The position numbers and the translations under genes were made by a program. The notes below the pieces were generated by a model. That model was not told the origin of the DNA. It saw only the letters and a list, made by a program, of their open reading frames with translations, and searched no databases. Shown one piece after another: positions 29,454-39,636 of a stretch of 64,000 bases of DNA (position 1 is the first letter of the stretch; each line of letters opens with the position of its first letter). The DNA is from Candidatus Omnitrophota bacterium. GTDB taxonomy: Bacteria > Omnitrophota > Gorgyraeia > Zapsychrales > Fredricksoniimonadaceae. Location of the stretch: the NCBI GenBank assembly GCA_015233165.1, contig JADFYF010000002.1, positions 14,517-78,516 on the forward strand, read 5' to 3'.

Positions 29454-30445
29454 TGGCGTCTCGACCAAAAATTAAAAGGGTTTTGGTCGTGGGAGGATCC
29501 GGTTATATTGGATCTCATATGACGGTGTTGTTGAAACACAAAGGATATGAACCTGTCGTTTTTGATCGGGTCATTTCCAAGACACTTCAGAAAGTATCTA
29601 ATGTTTCGACGATTAAGGGAGATTTAAGAAGATATCAAGATATTCAGGGAGCGTTACAAAAGATTCAACCAGACGTGGTGATGTATTTTGCCGGTCTTAT
29701 TGTGGCTCCGGAGTCGAATATTAAACCGCATGATTATCTGGATCACAATGTTTTAGGTGCCGTGAATTTACTGAAAGCCATGCATGAGACGGGGGTTAAG
29801 AAAATCATTTTCTCATCCACCGCCGCGGTTTATGGCAACCCTCCCAAGGTTCCCATCACCGAGGAGGCTCCTCTGAAACCCATCAATACCTATGGCCATA
29901 CGAAGCTGATGTTTGAACAGATGCTCGAGCGAGTTGCTTTGTCGGATCCAGAGTTTTCGTATGTAGCGTTGCGTTATTTTAATGCGGCCGGTGCTCATCA
30001 TTCAGGTTTGTTGGGGGAGCGCCATAACCCTGAGACCCATCTTATTCCTAATGTCTTGCGTACGATCAAAGGCAGCTTAAAAGAATTGATTGTCTATGGC
30101 GATGATTATCCTACCAAGGATGGAACTTGTATCCGGGATTATGTTCATGTGGAAGATTTAACTGAAGCCCACTGGCTGGCGATTCAAGCCTTGCGTAAAG
30201 GGCTATCGAATCAAATAATTAATCTAGGGACAGGCAAGGGCTATTCCGCCAGAGAAATCATCACGATGGCCGAGAAGGTCACAGGGGGTAAGGTGAATCT
30301 GAAGGTTTCTTCTCGACGCCCCGGAGATCCGGCCGTCTTGGTGGCTTCGTATAAGAAGGCCCAAAAGCTTCTGGGTTGGCAGCCTCAAAGAAGTCTCACC
30401 CAAATCATCGAGTCTGCGTGGGCCTGGGAAAAGGGGCTTTCATGA
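29453..30445 (+). CDS. galE: UDP-glucose 4-epimerase
   Basis: VVGGSGYIGSH, SSTAAVYG, YGHTKLMFE (YxxxK), RYFNAAGAH, DGTCIRDYVHVEDL. Confidence 0.85.
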   Translation: MASRPKIKRVLVVGGSGYIGSHMTVLLKHKGYEPVVFDRVISKTLQKVSNVSTIKGDLRRYQDIQGALQKIQPDVVMYFAGLIVAPESNIKPHDYLDHNVLGAVNLLKAMHETGVKKIIFSSTAAVYGNPPKVPITEEAPLKPINTYGHTKLMFEQMLERVALSDPEFSYVALRYFNAAGAHHSGLLGERHNPETHLIPNVLRTIKGSLKELIVYGDDYPTKDGTCIRDYVHVEDLTEAHWLAIQALRKGLSNQIINLGTGKGYSAREIITMAEKVTGGKVNLKVSSRRPGDPAVLVASYKKAQKLLGWQPQRSLTQIIESAWAWEKGLS

Positions 30446-30517
30446 AGGACTCTTTATGTGATTATCCCCTCGATGTTCTTGTGAAATTATTAAAAAGCAA
30501 AGGGTAGCCGTCTAACG

Positions 30518-31633
30518 ATGCGAATTGCCATCAATGCCAGATCTATTTTACTTAGTCAACCAACCGGTATTGGACGATACACCTATCACCTGATTGACAG
30601 CTTAGGAGCTGTTGATCCAGTTAATCAGTATTGGTTATATGTTCAAAAGAAATTTTGGGATACGAAGCGGAAGCTTCCTAAGTTTTCCTATTCTAATTTT
30701 TCTGTTAAGAATGATTTTTTTGGGAGAGGTGCGCAGCAGTGTTTAAAGGACTCGGATATTTATCACAGCCCAAGTCCTGAATTATTGTCCGTCGTTGGTT
30801 CTAAGATTGTTGTGACTATTCATGATTTGATTTATAAAACCTACCCCCAAGGACATACGTCAGAAACGATTGATTTAACAAATCAATATATGAGCCAGAT
30901 TGTTAAGAGGGCGGATCATATTATTTGCATTTCACAAAATACCAGGGACGATTTGCACCGTTTTTTTGATTTTCCAGAAGGAAGGTCTTCGGTCATCTAT
31001 AACGGGGTTAATCATCAAAAGTTTTATTGTCTTGAAGGTATGGAAAGACAGGAAGCAAAAAGTCTTTTAGTTCAACTGGGGGTGTTCGAACCATTTCTTT
31101 TATTTGTTGGGACTATTGAACCCAGGAAGAATTTATCAGGACTTCTGGAGGCTTTTTCTTATCTGCGCCAAAAGAAGCAATTTAATGGTAAGCTGGTCGT
31201 TGTTGGTATGAAAGGGTGGATGACAGAGTCCATTGCGCCATTGATAGAACGCCTGGGGATAAAAGAAGAGGTTGTTTTCTTGGGATTTGTATCCGACGAT
31301 CAATTACGTGTCCTTTATAATTTCAGTGAAGTTTTTGTTTTTCCTTCTTTTTATGAAGGTTTTGGTTTCCCCATTGTGGAGGCTTTTTGCTGTGGGGCTG
31401 CTGTTGTAACAGCGAATACTTCTTCTTGTGGAGAAATTGCTGCTGATGCAGCCTTTTGTGTTAATCCAGAAGATATTATTCAAATGGCAGAAGGGATCAC
31501 TCAACTATTGGAAAATAAAAAGTTTAATCAGGATTTGAGACAAAAAGGTTTATTACGGGCCAAAGAATTTTCTTTTTTAAAGAATGCTCAGCAGACAGGT
31601 TGCGTTTATGAGGAGGTTAGACTTGAAAGTTAG
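30518..31633 (+). CDS. GT4 family glycosyltransferase
   Basis: GT-B C-terminal EX7E region (FPSFYEGFGFPIVEAFCCGAAVVT). Confidence 0.8.
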   Translation: MRIAINARSILLSQPTGIGRYTYHLIDSLGAVDPVNQYWLYVQKKFWDTKRKLPKFSYSNFSVKNDFFGRGAQQCLKDSDIYHSPSPELLSVVGSKIVVTIHDLIYKTYPQGHTSETIDLTNQYMSQIVKRADHIICISQNTRDDLHRFFDFPEGRSSVIYNGVNHQKFYCLEGMERQEAKSLLVQLGVFEPFLLFVGTIEPRKNLSGLLEAFSYLRQKKQFNGKLVVVGMKGWMTESIAPLIERLGIKEEVVFLGFVSDDQLRVLYNFSEVFVFPSFYEGFGFPIVEAFCCGAAVVTANTSSCGEIAADAAFCVNPEDIIQMAEGITQLLENKKFNQDLRQKGLLRAKEFSFLKNAQQTGCVYEEVRLES

Positions 31634-32465
31634 CGGATTTACGATTGTACGCAATGCGGTTAAGTTCAATTACCCTGTGGTAGAGTCTATTTGTTCTATT
31701 CTTCCCATTTGTGATGAATTTATTGTCAATGTCGGTGATTCAGAAGATTCCACGTTAGAACTGATTAAAGCGATAGGCGACCCTAAGATTAGAATTATTA
31801 GAAAGCAGTGGGACCTTTCTATGGGAGAACAAATGTTGTCTTATCAAACGAATTTGGCTCTAGAAGAGTGTACAGGAGATTGGTGTTTTTATTTACAATC
31901 AGATGAGGTGATTCATGAAAAAGATCTACCTTCATTGGTTAAGGTAATGCGACGGGAGTTAAATAGTTCTATTGATGTTATCCGACTTCGTTGGATGCAT
32001 TTTTATGGTAGTTTCTGGCGTTATCGTATAGATGCTGGATGGTTCCAGAAGAATGACAGGATTATTCGTAATAAGGGACAGGTGGAATCCTATGGAGATG
32101 CGGGCGGCTTTCGTAAGAAAGATGGCACAAATTTGAAACGACGTATGGTGCTGACCTTGCTTTATCACTATGGTTGGGTTCAGCCGGAAGATGTTATGGC
32201 GCAAAGACGGATTAATGCTATTGATATCGGATTTGCTGGTATTGATGCAAAACGACCAGAAGGAAGGTATTCTTTTGAAGATTTGAATATTTTCCCTGTT
32301 TATTTTGGAACACATCCTGCCGTTATGAATAAGATAATTAGGGAACATAATGTGAGTAATCAGGATTGGAAAAGCATCGTGTGTAAATATTGGTATCATC
32401 CTGCTAGAATTTTTCGTATCAGATATAAATCTTTTCGAAGGATTAAAGAAAAGTTGAGATGTTAA
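31608..32465 (+). CDS. Putative GT-A-fold glycosyltransferase-like protein
   Basis: N-terminal GFTIVRNAVKFNYPVVESICSILPICDEFIVNVGDSEDST resembles GT2-like proteins common in LPS loci. The acidic motif QSDE is a candidate DXD. The start is uncertain: ATG 31608, or TTG 31623 preceded by AGGAGG. Confidence 0.35.
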   Translation: MRRLDLKVSGFTIVRNAVKFNYPVVESICSILPICDEFIVNVGDSEDSTLELIKAIGDPKIRIIRKQWDLSMGEQMLSYQTNLALEECTGDWCFYLQSDEVIHEKDLPSLVKVMRRELNSSIDVIRLRWMHFYGSFWRYRIDAGWFQKNDRIIRNKGQVESYGDAGGFRKKDGTNLKRRMVLTLLYHYGWVQPEDVMAQRRINAIDIGFAGIDAKRPEGRYSFEDLNIFPVYFGTHPAVMNKIIREHNVSNQDWKSIVCKYWYHPARIFRIRYKSFRRIKEKLRC

Positions 32466-32480
32466 CACAAAGAGAATGTT

Positions 32481-34157
32481 ATGAATGTTCAATTTAAGAC
32501 GCATATGTTGAAGTTAAGAAATTGGGCGACTCATAGGGCGACAGCTTTAGATGCCTTTGTGTTAGCTTTTATTACAATCTTTATCACCATTCATCCTTTT
32601 TATCTTTATGGACAAATCAATTATTTTGAGCTGGGGTTATATCTGCCTGGAGTCGATGCGATTCTTAAGGGGCAGATTCCTTATAGGGATTTTCTTCATT
32701 TAAGGGGTCCCTTGGAATTATATTTTCCTGCTTGGTGGATGAGTATGACATCTAGGAGTTTTGCCTTAATTCCAAGTTATTTCTACTTAGGGACAGTGGT
32801 CACTCTTGTGTTGGGTCTTTGGGTCGCTATGGAGGTTCTTCGTACAAGAATATTTATTTATATCTTGAGTCTATCTTTTTTGGCAAGAACATTTCCTAGA
32901 GTTTCATTTGCCATGGGAGGAGGATTTCGTTTTGCATGGGGGATGGCCTTACTTTTGTGTTTAATAAAATATTTTAGAAAAAGGAATAAAATCTGGTTAT
33001 TGGGAGCAGGTTTTTTTTGTGCAATAGCTTTCTTTACCAGTATTGAAATAGGAGTTTATTCCTTGTTTCTTGTTGGGGTAGCTTTATTAGTTGACGCGTT
33101 GATGATGCAAAAGAGGGGGGGCATATTCAAAGAATTGAGTATTTTTATTTTTGCTTTTGGGGTTGTCGCGGCTCCTATTGTGATTTTCCTTCAAGTTAAT
33201 CATGCACTTGTTCCTATGATGGAGACTTATTGGAAGGTTGTTCCTGGAATACTTCAGAACTTCCCTCAAAGTGATCCTGTTCCACGCAATGTTCTTGAAG
33301 TGATCATTGCGATGTTCACCCCTACGCACTTGAATTTTAAACAATTAACACCTTTGTACTGTTATCTTTTTGCCTTTGTATATTTGGGCTATGGCCGTAG
33401 GGACTATCGAAGAGATATTTTTTGTCTTAGTATTTATGGATTCTTGTTGTTTATTGGGAATATGCGTAGCCTTTGGGGGCCGGGGTTTGAGACGGCGATA
33501 CAGCCGCAGAAGATATTATTGTTCTTTTTGTTGGAGGAAACCTGGTTTAAAGTCCAAGAAAAATTTAATCAGCCAGGCAAAGTTATTGCTATTTGTATTT
33601 TGACAGGCATTTTTTTATCAACGGTCATATATTCATTCCCAAGATTTCAAAAACGGTTCTTTTTTATAAAAATGATTTCTAATGTTTTTGAAGGGAAAGG
33701 GCCGTTAGCCAAGATTCTTTCGTACTCAGGGAAAGACCTAGTTGCCGTAAATGTTCCTGGCATGAAGGGAATGGTAGTTCCTCTAGAACAATCTCAGGAT
33801 ATTGAACGACTCTATCGGTTTATGCAGGCGCATACTACCCTTAAGGATCCGGTCCTATTTTATCCCGATTCAGGAGTTTTTAATTTTATAGTCAATAGGC
33901 CATTTATTGGACGTTTTCCAGTTGCGACCCTAAGTTGGCTTGGGAGAGGGTGGCATGAGGAGTTTAAGGGCTCTTTAGAGAAACAAAAGCCTGCTTATGT
34001 GGTGACTTATAGAAGTCTTCCGGAGTATTTCTTAAGGACACAGCTGATTATTGCAGAGAATAGGCGTAAATATGAGGAAGTGACTGCGTTGATCTCAAAG
34101 AATTATCAACTCATTTACAGGACACCTTCATTTAATGTGTGGAAACCTAAGCAATGA
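32481..34157 (+). CDS. Polytopic integral membrane protein with a C-terminal soluble domain. No family recognised; polymerase/GT-C-like is a guess.
   Basis: About 10 hydrophobic helices in the first 380 aa. No family assigned by eye. Confidence 0.35.
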   Translation: MNVQFKTHMLKLRNWATHRATALDAFVLAFITIFITIHPFYLYGQINYFELGLYLPGVDAILKGQIPYRDFLHLRGPLELYFPAWWMSMTSRSFALIPSYFYLGTVVTLVLGLWVAMEVLRTRIFIYILSLSFLARTFPRVSFAMGGGFRFAWGMALLLCLIKYFRKRNKIWLLGAGFFCAIAFFTSIEIGVYSLFLVGVALLVDALMMQKRGGIFKELSIFIFAFGVVAAPIVIFLQVNHALVPMMETYWKVVPGILQNFPQSDPVPRNVLEVIIAMFTPTHLNFKQLTPLYCYLFAFVYLGYGRRDYRRDIFCLSIYGFLLFIGNMRSLWGPGFETAIQPQKILLFFLLEETWFKVQEKFNQPGKVIAICILTGIFLSTVIYSFPRFQKRFFFIKMISNVFEGKGPLAKILSYSGKDLVAVNVPGMKGMVVPLEQSQDIERLYRFMQAHTTLKDPVLFYPDSGVFNFIVNRPFIGRFPVATLSWLGRGWHEEFKGSLEKQKPAYVVTYRSLPEYFLRTQLIIAENRRKYEEVTALISKNYQLIYRTPSFNVWKPKQ

Positions 34158-35221
34158 TTCACAAAGACATGAAAAAGATTCTTGTTATCCGGGTAGGCAA
34201 TATGGGGGATGTTTTAATGGCGACTCCATTTCTGAGGGCATTACATAAGGTTTTTCCGTTATCTGAAGTTGATTTTGTAACGTCCCCTCAGGCCTACGGA
34301 ATAGTTGCTAATAATCCTTACGTGAAAAATATTTTTATTTATAAAAAGTATAAAGATTTTTGGGGAGGGATCCGAAGGGAAATGTTATGCCGTCGTTTAA
34401 AGGCTAGAGGGTACGATTTATGCTTTGTGCTTGAAGAACATCCTCAGTACAAAGATTTTGGATCAAGAAGTGTTTCATCGAAGGCTTTGAAGGTGGGTTT
34501 CTCCGGACAGAAGGAAGAATGTTTAACCTATAAATTAGATTTTTCTCATGATAAACACGTCATCGAGAATTATTTGAACATGTTACAAGAATTCTTCCAG
34601 GCTGAATTTACAGAAGATGACCTGTCTATGGATTTGATCGTGAGAAATACGACTGCTGCTGACCAATTAAAGCAGGAAGTTAAGAGCTTAGGGAAGTATG
34701 TCCTTATTCATCCAGGGACAACAGAATATTTACCTTATCGCAGTTGGACTCCAGAAGGTTATGCTCAAATTATTGATGATTTTCAAGAGAAAGGAATCGC
34801 TGTCCTTCTAACCGGTCAGGCCATGCATCAACCGTTAATAGATCAGATATTAAAACAATGCAAGATTCAAGGGAGAGTTGCAAACATTCATTGTTTGTTG
34901 GATAAGGATTTTGATGATTTGATATACTATATACAAAATGCGTCAGTTGTCCTCTGCTCTGACACCGGGGTTTTGCATGTTGCTAGAGCATTGAATGTCC
35001 CCGTGCTGGGTTTATTTGGTCCTTCTAACCCCCAACACACTGGAGCTATTGGAAAAGGGGTTTACGGTTTTATTCGTAATGATTTTCCCTGCGGGCCCTG
35101 CAATTATTCTCCGCAATATCGTTATGAAGAAAAAAAGAGTTGTTTAGATGGTAATCCACCACCATGTATGCGTTCTATAACGGCAGATCGGGTTAAGATT
35201 CTTCTGAGAAAATTGAATTGA
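34154..35221 (+). CDS. GT9 family ADP-heptose:LPS heptosyltransferase
   Basis: N-terminal KILVIRVGNMGDVLMATPFLRAL, characteristic of WaaC/WaaF/WaaQ-like enzymes. Confidence 0.8.
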   Translation: MIHKDMKKILVIRVGNMGDVLMATPFLRALHKVFPLSEVDFVTSPQAYGIVANNPYVKNIFIYKKYKDFWGGIRREMLCRRLKARGYDLCFVLEEHPQYKDFGSRSVSSKALKVGFSGQKEECLTYKLDFSHDKHVIENYLNMLQEFFQAEFTEDDLSMDLIVRNTTAADQLKQEVKSLGKYVLIHPGTTEYLPYRSWTPEGYAQIIDDFQEKGIAVLLTGQAMHQPLIDQILKQCKIQGRVANIHCLLDKDFDDLIYYIQNASVVLCSDTGVLHVARALNVPVLGLFGPSNPQHTGAIGKGVYGFIRNDFPCGPCNYSPQYRYEEKKSCLDGNPPPCMRSITADRVKILLRKLN

Positions 35222-35240
35222 GAGTATTTATAATGGAGAA

Positions 35241-36005
35241 ATGATAATGTCTAATCATGAGATCGAGAAAGAGATTCTGAAAAAGAAATTGAAAATGGAA
35301 TTATGGAAGATGTATGGCTCTGATGACCATCCTGCGGAATGGGATGGGATTCATCATGGTGGAGGCGGTGGAAGGCTCAGTCAGAGATTTTGGGAGTATT
35401 TTAAGGCTGTTGAGCTGTTAGATTTAAATAAAGATTCCATTGTGGTGGATATCGGCGGAGGATCTAATCACACGGGGGTTGGTTTTTTTGGGCAATTGCT
35501 CTCTAAATATGTAAAGAAAGTAATCATCATGGATCCGGTATTGAAATATCAGCAAGGAGTTTCGGATAATCTTCAACTGATAAAAGAGTTTTGCACCTTT
35601 GAAACGCTCAGTGCACTATTTAAATCACAACCTGGAATTACTCATGTGGTGTCGATTTCTACTTTTGAACATATTGAAGATGGTATGCGTGAAGGAATTG
35701 TGCGTGCAATTAATGATTCTTTTAAAGGGGATATTTTTGTGGCCAGTTATGAATATCATTCCAGAATTTCTTTCTTTGAAAACCAATTAAACGTTAAAAC
35801 GGTTTCTAAGATATTTTCGGAACTTAAAAGGTTCTTTCCCACAGAATATTATGCTTCTCCTGTTTGGGCGGAGAATGCGTATGTTCATTTCATGTTTCGC
35901 AATAAAACATCCATACCGTTTAAACCATTAGACAAGTTGTTTAAGAAATTAATTCCTGCCTGGTATCCAGTCATTATAAAGTTTGAACGTTCAATAATAG
36001 CTTAG
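35241..36005 (+). CDS. Putative class I SAM-dependent methyltransferase-like protein
   Basis: Glycine-rich VVDIGGGSNHTG resembles methyltransferase motif I. Otherwise unassigned. Confidence 0.3.
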   Translation: MIMSNHEIEKEILKKKLKMELWKMYGSDDHPAEWDGIHHGGGGGRLSQRFWEYFKAVELLDLNKDSIVVDIGGGSNHTGVGFFGQLLSKYVKKVIIMDPVLKYQQGVSDNLQLIKEFCTFETLSALFKSQPGITHVVSISTFEHIEDGMREGIVRAINDSFKGDIFVASYEYHSRISFFENQLNVKTVSKIFSELKRFFPTEYYASPVWAENAYVHFMFRNKTSIPFKPLDKLFKKLIPAWYPVIIKFERSIIA

Positions 36006-36073
36006 AGATTTTATTGAAGAGAATAGGTATATTACATTTAGGTTGTGGGACTAAGAAATTAAAGTAGAAATTC

Positions 36074-37150
36074 ATGAGTTTTAGAAAAATCTTGATCATT
36101 AATCCCTTTGGTATCGGCGATGTACTATTCACGACACCGTTAATAAGCCATTTGCATTTAGCCTACCCTGAGGCGTTGATCGGTTATATCGCCAATCGTC
36201 GAGCCCTGCCTGTGATTGAAAGCAATCCTAAGATTAATAAGGTTTATATTTATGAGAGGGATGAGTTTAAAGACGATTTAGTTCAAAGCTGGGGGAGGCT
36301 TTTGAGTCAGATTAAGCAAGAGCAGTTTGATGTGGTGTTTGATTTTACTTTAAATGCTTCCTTTGGTTTTTTTAGCATGATTTGTGGGATCAAGAAACGT
36401 ATCGGATATGATTATCGCGGCCGAGGCCGGTTTTTGACAGATAAACTTCCTCTGGTCGGCTATGAAGGGCGGCATGTGGTGGAGTATTATTTGGATTTAA
36501 TGAAATTATTGGATTGTAGGGAAGGGTTTCAAACCCTTCCTGATCGGGCGGGTTATAAACCCGCCCCTACATTAGAAATCTTTATTGATCAAACCCATCA
36601 GCAATGGGCTAAGGACTGGCTTAAAGCTCAGAAGGTTGATGCGACAAAGCCTATAATCGCTGTTATTCCAGGTGGTGGCGCTAGTTGGGGGAAGGATGCA
36701 GCTTCTAAACGCTGGCCGGTCAGTCAATACGCGGCTTTAGTGGACAAAATCGTTGCAAAATCAAGTTCGACTATTATACTGATGGGCGATCCAAAGGAGC
36801 AGTTGTTGTGTCAGGAATTGACCCGCCAATGCTCTTCTTCCGTCTATAGCGCTGTTGGAGCAACGACAATTTTACAAATGACGGCCTTACTTCAAGAATG
36901 CCGTATGGCCATTGTTAATGACGGAGGACCGTTGCATGTGGCCGTCGCTGCGGGAGTTTTAACGGTATCTATGTTTGGTCCTGTCGATCCTGTTGTTTAT
37001 GGCCCGTACCCTTTATCAGAACATATTGTGATTCAGAAAAATTTAGCCTGTCAGCCGTGTTACAGGCAGTTTCGTAAAGCAAGTTGTAATCATTTGAGTT
37101 GTTTGAGAGATTTAACGGTTGAGGAAGTTTTTGGTCGATTAAATTTGTAG
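36074..37150 (+). CDS. GT9 family heptosyltransferase carrying an in-frame palindromic repeat insertion
   Basis: N-terminal KILIINPFGIGDVLFTTPLISHL. The segment CREGFQTLPDRAGYKPAPTLE is encoded by two GC hairpins. It is about 15-17 aa longer than the paralogue at the equivalent position. The stop TAG lies within the downstream repeat. Confidence 0.8.
   Translation: MSFRKILIINPFGIGDVLFTTPLISHLHLAYPEALIGYIANRRALPVIESNPKINKVYIYERDEFKDDLVQSWGRLLSQIKQEQFDVVFDFTLNASFGFFSMICGIKKRIGYDYRGRGRFLTDKLPLVGYEGRHVVEYYLDLMKLLDCREGFQTLPDRAGYKPAPTLEIFIDQTHQQWAKDWLKAQKVDATKPIIAVIPGGGASWGKDAASKRWPVSQYAALVDKIVAKSSSTIILMGDPKEQLLCQELTRQCSSSVYSAVGATTILQMTALLQECRMAIVNDGGPLHVAVAAGVLTVSMFGPVDPVVYGPYPLSEHIVIQKNLACQPCYRQFRKASCNHLSCLRDLTVEEVFGRLNL
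36519..36570. repeat. Double hairpin of the same repeat family, located inside the GT9 coding sequence: GGAAGGGTTTCAAACCCTTCC...GGGCGGGTTATAAACCCGCCCCTAC
   Basis: Both stems are perfect and both have TTNNAAA loops. It terminates in CCCTAC like the intergenic copies. Confidence 0.55.
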
Positions 37151-37175
37151 GGGCGGGGTAATCCCGCCCGTACCA
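37147..37175. repeat. Single-hairpin copy GTAGGGGCGGGGTAATCCCGCCCGTAC
   Basis: GTAGGGGCGGG stem with a partner CCCGCCC. It overlaps the stop codon of the GT9 gene. Confidence 0.5.
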
Positions 37176-37192
37176 TTATCAGAAAGGGTCAT

Positions 37193-38293
37193 ATGAGCGT
37201 TCCATTTATTGATTTCAAAGAACAAAACAGTTTAATTCAACCCGAGATAGACGCTGGATTTAAAAAGGTTTTTGAGAAGGGTGATTATATATTAGGGGAA
37301 CAGGCTCATCTGTTTGAATCGGCCTTTTCTAAATACTGTGAAGCTCAATATGGAGTGGGGGTTAACTCAGGAACAGATGCCTTGCATTTGGCCATGGCCG
37401 CTTTAGATATCGGTGATGGCGACGAAGTGATTGTTCCTACTCATACCTTTATTGCCACTGCCTTGTGTGTGTCGTTCTGTCGCGCCAAACCTGTCTTTGT
37501 GGATATCGAACCTGATACCTATAATATTGATCCTAAAGCCATTGAAAAGGCGATTACCAAGAAAACCAAGGCCATTATCCCTGTGCATATTTACGGTCAG
37601 CCGGCGAATATGGATGAGATTATAGCCATTGCCCGTAAACATGGGATCAAGATCGTCGAAGATGCTGCTCAGGCTCACGGTTCAAGATATAAGGGCAAAC
37701 GCGTAGGTTCCTTAGGGGATGTGGCTTGTTTCTCCTTTTATCCGACGAAAAGTTTAGGCGCTTGCGGCGATGCGGGAATGATTGTCACCAGTGATAAAGC
37801 TGTTTATGACAAAGCCCTGATGCTGCGGGATTATGGACGTAAAGGTCGTTATGAGCACAAGATTAAGGGAACAAATTCTCGTCTAGATACCCTTCAGGCG
37901 GTTGTTTTAAATGCAAAATTAAAGCATCTCGATGAGTGGAATGCGATGCGCGCCAAGAATGCGGCGTATTACGCAGAATTATTAAAACCTCTTTCAGGGG
38001 TTGTGACGCCGATCACCAAATCTGATCGTACCCATGTGTTTCAAACCTATGCGATCCGTTTGTCCAATCGTGATCAGGTGGTGGAATCTCTAAAAGCCAA
38101 AGGGATTGGCGCTTTAATTCATTATCCTATTCCTTTGCACTTACAAGAAGCGTATGCCGATCTAGGGTATAAGGCGGGAGATTTTCCTGTGGCAGAAAAG
38201 ACAGCGAATGAAATTTTAAGTCTTCCGATGTTTCCGCATATGAATAAAGAACAAGTTGAGATGGTGGTTAAGGCGTTGAAAGAATCTTTATGA
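37193..38293 (+). CDS. DegT/DnrJ/EryC1/StrS family sugar aminotransferase (canonical Lys)
   Basis: PLP-lysine motif SFYPTKSLGACGDAGMIV. 366 aa, ArnB/WecE-like. Confidence 0.85.
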   Translation: MSVPFIDFKEQNSLIQPEIDAGFKKVFEKGDYILGEQAHLFESAFSKYCEAQYGVGVNSGTDALHLAMAALDIGDGDEVIVPTHTFIATALCVSFCRAKPVFVDIEPDTYNIDPKAIEKAITKKTKAIIPVHIYGQPANMDEIIAIARKHGIKIVEDAAQAHGSRYKGKRVGSLGDVACFSFYPTKSLGACGDAGMIVTSDKAVYDKALMLRDYGRKGRYEHKIKGTNSRLDTLQAVVLNAKLKHLDEWNAMRAKNAAYYAELLKPLSGVVTPITKSDRTHVFQTYAIRLSNRDQVVESLKAKGIGALIHYPIPLHLQEAYADLGYKAGDFPVAEKTANEILSLPMFPHMNKEQVEMVVKALKESL

Positions 38294-39636
38294 CCAAAGC
38301 TGTAAGCTTTTGTGATAAGGCCATGTTTGCAGCTTTGCTGCTTCTTGTTATTTTTGTGCCTTATTCTGCAGTCATGATTGAAGTGGGTTTAATGATCATG
38401 ATGATTTGCTGGATCGTTAAGAGGTCTTTAATATGGAAAGCCAATCCACATCAGAGTTTTTTAAACAGCTACAGCCTTCCGGTGAATACGTTACAGTGGT
38501 CTTTGATCGTCATAGGGATATTAATCCTTGTAACTATTCCTTTTAGTCATGATCCAGCCCTGAGTCTAAAGAAGTTCTTCTCAAGGTTCTTGCAGCAAAT
38601 CTGTTTAATGTATCTTGTTTTAGAAATTGTCACTACGTCTAAACGTTTTTGGCAATTAATGGCAGTGCTTTTATGGACCTTTGCTGTTGTTAATGCGGAT
38701 ATCTTTGTCCAATATTTTTGTGGGCATAGTTTTATTTTTTCAAGTGGCTTGCTTTACGGAAGAGTCTCAGGACCGATGCGACATCCTAATGATTTGGGGA
38801 CATTATTGGCAACGGTTATTCCTGTCGTTTTATCGTTGTTAATCATTCATAAATCGTGGACCTCTTTAATCTTAGGTCAGAAATTTTCAACAGCGCTTAA
38901 GGTGGTCTGTGCGGTCTTATTGGTACTTTTGGTGATATCTTTAGGCTTAACATCGTCTCGTGGAGCTTGGCTTGCTTTTGTTTTGAGTATGATGGGGTAT
39001 GCTGTTTGTATCGGAAAACGCTGGATCATGGGGGCTATTTCCATTATGTTGGTCGTGTTTTTTGTTATTTTTGGAATGCATTTTATGAATGTGCGTTCAG
39101 ATATTTTTACCAAGGAAGTTCTTTCTGCCAATGAAGAAGCAAGGGTTTCTAAGAATTCTTTTTCGCAAGAAGTCCAAAGCACTGAAAAAACATTCTTAAA
39201 TCCTTCTCGAAGAAGTGAGTACTGGCAGGTCGCTTTGAAAGTGATCAACAAGAATCCATTGTTTGGGTGTGGATATAATGCTTATATTCAAACGCTTAAG
39301 TTGTTGCATTTCCTTCCTGAAGAATATCCTCATAGCAGTCTGATGCAAATTACGGCTGAATTGGGCATTGTGGGATTATTGGCCCATTTATGGTTCTTCT
39401 TGAGTTTGGGGCTTTATGGAATAAAAACTTTGAAGAGTTTTGTTCATCAACACAGAGAGTTTTATGTGTTGGCACTTGGAATCTGTTTTGGTTTGTTAGC
39501 GTGGTTGATTCATAGTTTTACAGATACTCCGTGGGAATCGTTGCAATTAAATATTTTATGGTGGTTGTTGATAGGTGTTTTGTTGAGTCTAGGCAAGATT
39601 GCTCAACAATCCAATTTAAACCAAAGGGGGGCGTAG
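38290..39636 (+). CDS. O-antigen ligase-like (WaaL/Wzy_C domain) membrane protein
   Basis: About 10 TM helices, a large periplasmic loop, and the motif SSRGAWLAF typical of the O-antigen ligase domain. Confidence 0.6.
   Translation: MTKAVSFCDKAMFAALLLLVIFVPYSAVMIEVGLMIMMICWIVKRSLIWKANPHQSFLNSYSLPVNTLQWSLIVIGILILVTIPFSHDPALSLKKFFSRFLQQICLMYLVLEIVTTSKRFWQLMAVLLWTFAVVNADIFVQYFCGHSFIFSSGLLYGRVSGPMRHPNDLGTLLATVIPVVLSLLIIHKSWTSLILGQKFSTALKVVCAVLLVLLVISLGLTSSRGAWLAFVLSMMGYAVCIGKRWIMGAISIMLVVFFVIFGMHFMNVRSDIFTKEVLSANEEARVSKNSFSQEVQSTEKTFLNPSRRSEYWQVALKVINKNPLFGCGYNAYIQTLKLLHFLPEEYPHSSLMQITAELGIVGLLAHLWFFLSLGLYGIKTLKSFVHQHREFYVLALGICFGLLAWLIHSFTDTPWESLQLNILWWLLIGVLLSLGKIAQQSNLNQRGA

Noticed and set aside
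31959-32504. 181-aa - strand ORF overlapping the putative GT-A gene
   Set aside because: It is antisense to a + strand gene in a uniformly + strand operon and has low-complexity composition (I/N/F-rich).
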